Source: Azolla caroliniana
Taxonomy: Eukaryota; Plantae; Polypodiophyta
Length of the DNA: 64,000 nucleotides
Assembly: GCA_043228905.1 (NCBI GenBank)
Contig: JBHGNT010000008.1
Span: 8,680,001 to 8,744,000 of the forward strand
Reading direction: 5' to 3'
Under the pieces are notes generated by a model that had not been told where the DNA came from, did no database searches, and saw only the letters and a program-made list of their open reading frames with translations. Shown here piece after piece: positions 48,197 to 58,130 of the stretch (its first letter is position 1; each line of letters opens with the position of its first letter). A program made the translations under genes and the position numbers.

Positions 48197-48960
48197 CCAC
48201 TCTACACTGAGGGGCCGCTACTATGCGTTCCAAGCATCATCAAAGAGCTGCTCAATCTGACGGGGTTCTCTTCTCTGTGACACTCTACACTCAGGGGCCA
48301 TTACTGTGCATTCCAAGCATCATCAAAGAGCTGTTCAATCTGACGGGGTTCTCTTCTCTGTGCCACTCTACACTCAGGGGCCGCTATTGTGCGTTCCAAG
48401 CATCATCAAAGAGTTGTTCAATCTTATAGGGTTCTCTTCTCTGTGCCACTCTACACTCAGGGGCCACTACTATGCGTTCCAAGCATCATCAAAGAGTTGT
48501 TCAATCTTACGGGGTTCTCTTCTTTGCGCCACTCTACACTCGGGGGCCGCTACTGTGCGTTCCAAGCATCATCAAAGAGTTGTTCAATCTGACGGGGTTC
48601 TCTTCTCTTTGCCACTCTACACTCAGGGGCCGCTACTGTGCGTTCCAAGCATCATCAAAGAGCTATTCAATCTGACGGGGTTCTCTTCTCTGTGCCACTC
48701 TCACTCAGGGGCCGCTACTGTGCGTTCCAAGTATCATTGGTAATTGTTCAATCTGACGGGGTTCTCTTCTCTGTGCCACTCTACTCTCAGGTGCCTTCTA
48801 TGTGCGTTCCAAGCCTCATCGGTAACTGTTCAATCTGACGGGATTCTCTCCTCCATTGCCATCATTCTATACTCAGTTGCCGCTACTGTCCAGTCCCGGA
48901 TTGCTTCCACATTTCGATTTGACGGAGTTCACTCATCCAACGGTAACATTCTACACTCAG
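48197..48960. repeat. 83-bp subterminal tandem repeat, about 8 copies decaying rightwards
   Basis: Unit CCACTCTACACTCAGGGGCCGCTACTGTGCGTTCCAAGCATCATCAAAGAG...; ORF-track starts recur every 83 nt. Confidence 0.93.
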
Positions 48961-49182
48961 TTGTCGCCATTGGTCGGTCTTGGATTGCCTCCTCAACGGT
49001 TTGATCCAACGGAGTGAAATCCTCTACTGTTCGGTCTTGGATTGCAATAACTTTTCTGTCTATTGATTATCTTGTGTATTGTTGTGTCTAATCTTGTGTA
49101 TTGTGGAATATTTTTGTGTATTGTTGTTGCCCATAGCCATCTTTAATACTTGTTTTTTTTTCTAGAAATTTAGGGTTTTAAC

Positions 49183-52100
49183 ATGTCCAGCCAAATGGAA
49201 GGGGAAGAAGGGTGTTTAGAATTACCCCTCAATGATCATAAGGATAGGGATGATGCTATCAGGACACAACAAGCCATACGAAACTATTGGGCAGAAAAAA
49301 AAGGAAACATCGCCAATTGTTGAAGGATACGAAAGCCACACTCAGTAAAGGTAAGGATAGTTTAGCTGAGAATGTAAGTAATGCGACTACCATCATAGAG
49401 AGAAAGGTTGTAGACTATTTCAATGTTCAAACCAAGCACATCAGCAATGAAGAAAAGAAGGTAGTACTTTATGGAATATGTAATGATCCATCGATAAAGG
49501 ACTTAGTTGATTGTGATGGTCTTAATGCAAACATATCATCTATTTTAGTAAATAATCTTCGTAATAGTTTCGTATCCATGAGCAGGTCAGAAGATGATCT
49601 TGTCTTAAAAAGGTCTAGTCTAATGATGTTACTTAATAGTGATGTTGACGATATAAACATCAGTGAGCTATCTAAGGTAATCGGTGTTAGTAGAAAAACA
49701 GTGTACAATACAATGAACCGTATAATTTCCTCGGGTGAAGGAACTAGTCTACTAAAGCTAACTACAAGATGTAAGCCAATGACACCCATAACATTTGAAA
49801 TCAAGGATGTAATCACAATGTTTTGGACTAATGAGAGTAGGGTTTCACCCAATAAAAAGGATTTATGCAGGAAACGTGTTGGAAGAAATCAATACGAGGA
49901 CCATCCCATTCATCTTCTTGATGTACCTCAGGTATTTACATTTATCTCAACATTTGTTTTGACTCTACACGGAAAGTTAATTAGCTCAGTTAGCAGAAAA
50001 GCTAATTAGCTTATCAGTTACATTTACCTCAATTAGCTACTAGGATAGCTACTACATAGGTAACTGGCTACCCTCAATAGCTACTACCATGATAGCTAAT
50101 TAGCTATTCTCAATAGCTAATTTAGGTACTACCAGATAATTAGCTGTACTGGTAGCTAGTTAGCTATTTCGTTATTACCAGCTAATTAGCTACTAGGAAA
50201 GCTAATTAGCTACCATGATAGCTAATTAGCTACTAGGATAGCTACTACATAGGTAACTAGCTACTCTCAATAGCTACTACCATGATAGCTAATTAGCTAT
50301 TCTCAATAGCTAATTTAGGTACTACTAGATAATTAGTTGTACTGGTAGCTAGTTAGCTATCATGGTAGCTAGTTAGCTATTTCGTTATTACCAACTAATT
50401 AGCTACTAGACCAGCTAAATAGCTACCATGATAGTTAATTAGCTACTAGACTAGCTAATTAGCTACTAGACCAGCTAATTAGCTACTAGACCAGCTAATT
50501 AGCTACCATGATAGCTAATTAGTTACTAGGATAGCTAATTAGCCACCATGATAGCTAATTAGCTATTAGACCCGCTAATTAGCTACCATGATAGCTAATT
50601 AGCTACTACGACAGCTAATTAGCTACCATGATAGATAATTAGCTACTAGGACAGCTAATTAGCTACCATGATAGCTAATTAGCACTAGAATAGCTAATAA
50701 GCTACTAGAATAGCTAATTAGCTACTAGAATAGCTAATTAGCTACTAGGATAGTTAGCTAGTTACGAGAATAACTAATTCCCCTTTATTACGCAGGTCGA
50801 TTTATTTACTAGGTTCAAACGAATGCATCCAACTATCAAAGTTCAACTACAAACATTCGAGTCTCTTAAGACACACTTTGTGAGACGCTTAAAGGATCGA
50901 TACACATGTTGTTGCATTTACCATGTACAGATGGGTTTTCTGAAGGACTCTGTTAATCTACTACGTCACCATAGCGCATCCCTAACTAATACAGTTTGCA
51001 CATGTGGGTGCCCAATTTGTTGATCAAGCCCGCAAGAGGAGTGTAAATCATCTGAGCACGTTATCTCTTCCATGAGTTATTTATTAGATTCAATATTGTG
51101 TCCGAGAGAAACTGACGCTATCTTCCATATTCATAAATGTGTCATGGGTTTATGTCAAGATTGTGGCCCTACTAGATTTAGGTGGTGTCCAAATGAATTG
51201 AGTAGTGAAATATTGATCTCTGTGAAGTTCTTTGAGTCAGTGAACACCAATTTCGAAGGAAAGGTGTGTAAAAGAAAGGATCTAGTTCGGAAGATGCTTA
51301 AACCAAGGGATTTGGTGTCTCTGTTTGTAGTATCTCTAGGAAAGTTCATTAAACACAACTTCATTTATTCATGGCAGGCCCATCAGTTTAAGACTTGCAT
51401 ATCTGATTTCCCAAATGATGTAGTAGTCTCAGTAGTAGATTTCGCAGAGAATTATACTTTCAAGCAGCAGAATGAAATTCAATTTATGCATTGGTGTTCA
51501 GTTCAGGTAACCATTTTTGTGCACATAACATATTTTCGAGTTTCAGGTGATGTTAAAAAAGTAATTCATTTCTTTATTTCCGATGATAAGAAGCATGATA
51601 CCTTGTTCGTCCAACACTGTTTTAAGTTACATTGGCAGTGGTTATTAGCTCAACGTTTGGAGCTTACTCAACATTGGGTCTGGTCTGACGGAGCTGCATC
51701 ACAATTCAAGGCTCGACGTCCATTTTATTTTGTGGGGAGGTATCCTGCTATAACAGGTTTGGAGATGAGATGGAATTTTTTTGGGTCTGGCCATGGTAAA
51801 GGTGAACATGATGGTGCAGGGGCTGTTATAAAGCAGGCACTTACCCATGAACAACTAAAGACAGATGGTGTGCACATGAATTGTGCATCACATGTAGTTG
51901 AATTTTTAAGAACAAATATGTCAACGAGTGCCACAGGTGTTTATTCCTCGCAAGTCCGAGATATCAAACGTGAATTTTGGGAAGTGAAGATAGATGAAGT
52001 AAATAGGGAGAAGACCTGGGAGTGCCAAGGAATTCCCGAATTGCGATCTCTGCATGTTGTTCGCGGTTATTCCAGGTTGGATGGTCATTGTATTGCGGTT

Positions 52101-52637
52101 AGAGAATTGACTTGTTTTTGCTTCCATTGTGTGCAGGGAAATTGGAGATATTGTCTAAACAAAGCATACATTCAGAATTGGGAGTATCACACTCTGAATG
52201 ATAAGGAAGCAGTTGATGGAGAAACAGGGCAGAATGCTGACTTCACATATGAGGGACTTGGAGATACTTTGAGTGATGTCCTGAATGTTGGGGATAACTT
52301 CGTTGTAAATGCTGAAGAAGGCAATTCAGAGGGTGCTGATTTCTATATATTAAAGTGCACGGTTAGTAAACAATGTGCAAGGCAGAATATTGTAGATGCA
52401 TGGGGAAATTTTGTATCTGCCGGGACATTCTACATCGAAGGCATTTTTTATGCAAAACTAGATGACTACGAATATGTGTACAGGCTGTTAGAAGACAAAC
52501 CAGTGGCGTACATGTACTCTCATTTGGTCAGGTGCATCAACGTCCCAATGTCAGAATACAATAGCTGCTCAGGTTTATACACCGTTGGTGCTAATGTGTA
52601 TGAATGTATTTACAATAGTATGCCATGGAATTTGTAG
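49183..52637 (+). pseudogene. Sola2-type DDD transposase; exons 49183-49931 and 50796-52637
   Basis: Phase-0 GT-AG intron 49932-50795 with branch CTAAT. Motifs FW..SRVSP.KKD, TCCCIYH, Cys cluster, DFAENY, WSDGAASQFK, GHGKGEHDG. Frameshift in the A-run at ~49300 and an in-frame TGA at 51021-51023. Confidence 0.85.
49980..50780. repeat. Array of palindromic TAGCTAATTAGCTA units filling the transposase intron
   Basis: Dozens of copies separated by short spacers such as CTAGGA and CCATGA. Confidence 0.95.
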
Positions 52638-54759
52638 CTACAAGTAGCACTTACCATGTTCTCTTGTAAAACAAACATGTATTTCGCGAAAACAGTTAAA
52701 TAAATTCGTTTGGAATCAATTTCTTGTATACAGTTTGCTTTCTGTGCTTCTTTCTCAATAAAATCATGTCTTTTTTGTTAAGTTTTAAGTTATAAGTTAT
52801 AGCGAAATAGTCATCAATAGCTAATTAGTTGTACAAATGCAACTAATTAGCTGTCAATAGCTAAATAGTCATCAATAGCATGAAATCAACAATCTGCAAC
52901 ATATTCCTCAAATTACACAGTAGATAAGTACAATGGGAACAAGTAATTAAATTCTTCATTGAATAATGTCATCTCTTTACATATTTATAAATTACCATTG
53001 GAAATGTCTACAAATCTCCTATAAACAGCTAAGCTCTTGTTAGTCAGTGGAACAAGTCTACATATATTATCCACATATCGAGCTCGGTATGGAGTCCACA
53101 ACCATGCACCTAGTTGGCAGCTCACTGTTTGCACCAGGTACTGTTCAGGCATTTCCTCGGGTAGAATGAGACAGCATCTCCGAATATTGAAGTAGTGCCG
53201 GAAATGTTCTGTATCCAAAATCAATGTATTGTCGGCATTATATTCAGGCCAAGTAGCCCAAAAATCAGAAAGTCTCTTGTATCTTGCAGCTTCCATTTGC
53301 TCACAATTTTCTCATGCCCATTGACCTTTAAAACGACTTCGCCATTTTGGGAAGAATCTTGCCAAACACTTCCACACATCTGATTTTGGTTTTTCACTCC
53401 AAATAAACAAATCAAAGTATTGCACAGCCCACTCTAGAAACTGATTTGCGTCCTTCCTTGGTTGCATATATCTCACACTCATCAAGACTTTATCAAGCTC
53501 CAAGATCAAGGCTCTTCTTTCGACTTCTAGTGGTTTAGGTTTCCATTCCTGAAACTGAGCCGTTGTTACACCATTTTCTGGTAGGATACGATCAATCTCA
53601 ATCAGCTCAGGTTCGGCCGACACAACTGGCGTCCTTTTCCTCTTCAAACCCCTAGTCGATTGTGTTGGGCCTGGCTTCACATTCTGGTGCTCTTGTTTTG
53701 TCGACTTAGTTATCAATCCTTGGATTACCTCGGTGCATGTAGCTACTGATCTGTTCGATATCAGTCCACTGGTATCACATGCTGCATCTACCTACAACAC
53801 CAAGTCATCCGTGCAACATGCTTGATCAACTTGTGTGACCAGATCACTTGTGTTAGTTGCTACATCTACTTTCAAGATGGGGCCCTTTAAACATGCCGCA
53901 ACATCAACAGTATCCACACTGCCATTGGCCTTACGAGCAATAGAATCAAACCCTTTAGACTCTGCAACATCAGAAAACACCAACATATTCACACTCACAA
54001 AGTAACTAACAGTCTCACAAAACAATATCCTGAAAATCAAAGAGTTTCAGTCATAGAACAACACTCTTCAAATTATCTTGGAAAAACATCATAGAGTTCC
54101 ATTACATAATGTGGATCAAGCAACAACCAATTTGAGGTTTTACTTGTCCAACAGGATAGTAAAACTTCATAAAACCCTAGCAAAATCCCTAAGCTAACAA
54201 TCATATCCAACTAAACAGTATTTCGCTCCACTACGTCTGGGCCCCTTGACCGAGTAACTGGTCTTGTTCCCGATTGTGGCCCCTTCTTCAGCCTTTTTCT
54301 AGTCGGTTCCCCATTTAGCCTTGCTTCTTTCACCCAATGCGCAAGTGTGTCCTCCTCCGACAACCTTCCCATCACCTCAGCAGCTAATTGCACATCAGCC
54401 ATTTCTTGAACTAGCTTTTCAAGTACAGAGGGATCTGTTTGAACATTTTCAGTAGTTGGGCTCGGTGGGGTGGAATCAAGGTCTTGAGATTCGAAGAAAT
54501 GTTGCATCAAGTGTTCATAAACACTATTGTTGTGAACCTCAGTTTTACATGTTGTTTCCACTATTTCATGGCATTTCACATCGTTGCCTAATTCAGTACA
54601 CTGTTCCAAAAGAATAGCGTGGAGTTTATCTGAAGGAGATGTGATAGCAGGACTCTTACTTTCAGCCACGTTGGCAGCAGTATCCTCATCTGTTGCAGCG
54701 TCATCAGCACCAGACACATCATGTGCCGTCCTTAATCCACAAGATTCTACAATAACATG

Positions 54760-56200
54760 GCAGCTATTTAGGATAACTAATTAGCTACTTTACTAAACTA
54801 TGGTAGAAGCTAGGATAGCTAATTAGCTACTACGATAGCTAATTAGGATAGCTAATTAGCTAGTACGATAGCTAATTAGGATAGCTAATTAGCTAGTACG
54901 ATAGCTAATTAGCTAGTATGATAGCTAATTAGGATAGCTAATTAGCTAGTACGATAGCTAATTAGCTACTTTACTCAACTATGGTTGTAGCTAGGATAGC
55001 TAATTAGCTACTTTACTCAACTATGGTAGTAGCTAGGATAGCTAGCTAATTAGCTACTTTACTCAACTATGGTAGTAGCTAGGATAGCTAATTAGCTACT
55101 TTACTCAACTATGGTAGTAGCTAGGATAGCTAGCTAATTAGCTACTTTACTCAACTATGGTAGTAGCTAGGATAGCTAGCTAATTAGCTACTTTACTCAA
55201 CTATGGTAGTAGCTAGGATAGCTAATTAGCTACTTTACTCAACTATGGTAGTAGCTAGGATAGCTAATTAGCTACTTTACTCAACTATGGTAGTAGCTAG
55301 GATAGCTAATTAGCTACTTTACTAACTATGGTAGTAGCTAGGATAGCTAATTAGCTACTTTACTAACTATGGTAGTAGCTAGGATAGCTAATTAGCTTAC
55401 TAGGATAGCTAATTAGCTACAATGAAAGCTAATTAGCTACTTTCTCAACTATGTAGTAGCTAGGATAGCTTATTAGCTACTAGGATAGCTAATTAGCTGC
55501 CAGTAGTTAATTAGCTACTAGGATAACTTATTAGCTACTTTACACAACTATGGCAGTAGCTAATTAGCTACTATGATAGCTAATTAGCTAGTAGGATAGC
55601 TAATTAGTTGCCAGTAGCTAATTAGCTACTAGGATAGCTAATTAGTTGCCAGTAGCTAATTAGCTACTAGGATAGCTAATTAGCTTTTTTACACAATTAT
55701 GGTACTAGCTAATTAGCTAGTACCATAGCTAATTAGCTACTAGGATAGCTAATTAGCTACTAGGATAGCTTATTAGCTACTTTACACAACTATGGTAGTA
55801 GCTAATTAGCTACTAGGATAGCTAATTAGTTGCCAGTAGCTAATTAGCTAGTAGGATAGCTAATTAGCTTTTTTACACAACTATGGTACTAGCTAATTAG
55901 CTACTAGGATAGCTAATTAGCTGCTAGGATAGCTAATTAGCTGCTAGTAGCTAATTAGCTACTAGGATAGCTTATTAGCTACTTTACACAACTATGGTAG
56001 TAGCTAATTAGCTACTAGGATAGCTAATTAGTTGCTAGTAGCTAATTAGCTAGTAGGATAGCTAATTAGCTTTTTTACACAACTATGGTACTAGCTAATT
56101 AGCTAGTACCATAGCTAATTAGCTACTAGGATAGCTAATTAACTAGTAGCTCATTAGCTGCCAGTAGCTAATTAGCTAGTAGGATAGCTAATTAGAAAAG
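54760..56200. repeat. Large TAGCTAATTAGCTA palindrome array including a ~42-bp higher-order unit
   Basis: Unit ACTTTACTCAACTATGGTAGTAGCTAGGATAGCTAATTAGCT repeated ~54968-55400; lies within an accessory-gene intron. Confidence 0.95.
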
Positions 56201-57569
56201 ACTAAGCTTATTAGCTACAGTATGGTATATCTGTTAGTTTTCTGCACTCATTTGGTAGAGCTGTACTGCAATCTCCCAAATAGAATGCAGCAATTCGACA
56301 GGCATGTTGAAAACAAAGCAGATGGTATGTGTGGTTGCATGGTTGTAGGTGAACCAACAAAGACGCAGTTTTGTCCTCCACACCTAACCCGCAAGCAATG
56401 CAACGTGCTTGAACTGTCAATAAATCATTTTCTGGTTCTGCTTCATTTGGTAAGGGAGCAAGAATGTTCAGGTCTAAATCCTGTCTGGTCCTTACCATTC
56501 CCTCCACAAAATGTAGCTGCTTCTTAAGGCAGCTAACTACCTATTCTTGATGAATGTATTGTTCCTTCAACGCAACAGAGAAATTTACCGATTAATTATT
56601 CCTATTGTTGAAAGATACACCAACTTTGCTCAGGAATCGTTAACTTACTTGAAGCTTATCCAAATTGTAATCTACAACAGTATTTACACCTAGAAGGTCC
56701 AGGTTCATTGAAAGAACCTGGAACTCTATTTGCAGTTGTATTTTACGCTGGGGATCCAGTGGCCCCTCTAATTCAAGCTCCTGTTGCGCAACCTATTCCA
56801 GATAATGCTTGATTAGCACATTTTACCCTTAAAGTTATTTATAACACAATCACATAGCAGCAAAACAATAGTTACCTAAATCTTATTTCTAATCGTTGTA
56901 ACAGCGGAAGTAACTTTGCTCTCCATTGCAGAAGCCATTGTGGCTTTCTCTAAATCAGTCTTAAAAAATGCCAATGTCTCACAGGCTTCATGGACATTTT
57001 TTAGCATATAGCTAACCAATGTCTCACCTGTATCATCGACATTGGCTTTCCTTGGGTGTCGGTGTGTTGTATGCCCCCGGTCTTGCTGGGAGTCGGCAGT
57101 TGCATCAACAGCTGCCATGCTCCAAAATCTGTCTATTTCTTGTGCCAAGGTCCCCATCTTTCGGCATCTTTTTACCGATGCCTCACCATAGACTGCCCAA
57201 GCTACCCTATACATTTCAGGGTCTCTGGATTCCTTCGTTGTTTTGCAGTACTCATATGCAAATGCTCTAGCAAATGAAACTGACAACTCATTGTTGACTG
57301 GGATCTCCTGATGAACTTTCTGGTGCAGTCTCATGCAGTCATCGTACAAGTCGGCTCGTACATGCTTCAGCTTGACCTTGCCTTTGACTCTAGGCACTGT
57401 ATATACTGTCATCCAGTCTACATCACTGATCAATTTATCACTTAGGACAACAAGGTCAACACCCTCGAGTGACAGACCATAGGTGTTGTGGAAGTCCTCC
57501 TTTGTCTCGCAAAATTTTGCGAAGTTTAGCACTCTCGTATACGGAGGAACGAGCCATCTGAAATATCAT

Positions 57570-58130
57570 TTCAGAAATCAGAAATAGTGCAAAATCAGAA
57601 TATGTGAGAATCAGAAACCCCAATCAACAACAACAAAAATGGTGCAAAATCTTTAACTTAGCAAATCGGAAACCCTAATCATAATTTGTTTTCAAAAATT
57701 TGAAATCAGAAACCCTAATCAAAATCTGTAATCAGAAGTTTGAAATCAGAAACCCTAATCAAAATCTGTAATCAAAAGTTTGTAACCAGAAACCTTATTC
57801 AGAAATTCTAATCAGAAATTTATAATCAAAAACCCTAATCAGAAATTTCAATCAGAAACCCTAATCAGAAATTTCCATCACAAACCCTAATCAGAAATCC
57901 TAAACAGAAATTTATAAACAAAAAACCCTATTCAGAAATTCTAATTAGAAATTCTAATCTGTAATCAAAATTTGTAACCAGAAACCCTATTCAGAAATTC
58001 TAATCAGAAATTTATGATCAAAAACCCTAATCAAAAATTTCAATCACAAACCCTAATCAGAAATTCTAATCAGAAATTTATAAACAAAAACCCTAATCAG
58101 AAATTTCAATCAGAAACCCCAATCATCACT
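57570..58130. repeat. AATCAGAAA / AAACCCTAA (telobox-like) tandem array in the first coding intron of the accessory gene
   Basis: Nine perfect AAACCCTAA copies counted, plus variants. Confidence 0.88.

Noticed and set aside
48197-48960. Possible CRISPR array
   Set aside because: Units are contiguous 83-bp tandem copies with no unique spacers, there are no cas genes, and the context is eukaryotic.
51021-51023. Programmed readthrough, selenocysteine or RNA editing of in-frame TGA/TAG codons
   Set aside because: Similar C>T stops are scattered through all decayed elements in the window; mutation is the simpler explanation.
54760-56200. Palindromic repeats with spacers as a CRISPR-like array
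   Set aside because: Spacers are short and themselves repeated; this is a minisatellite.
57570-58130. Telomere or interstitial telomeric tract
   Set aside because: No contiguous (CCCTAAA)n; motifs are isolated within a longer unit.
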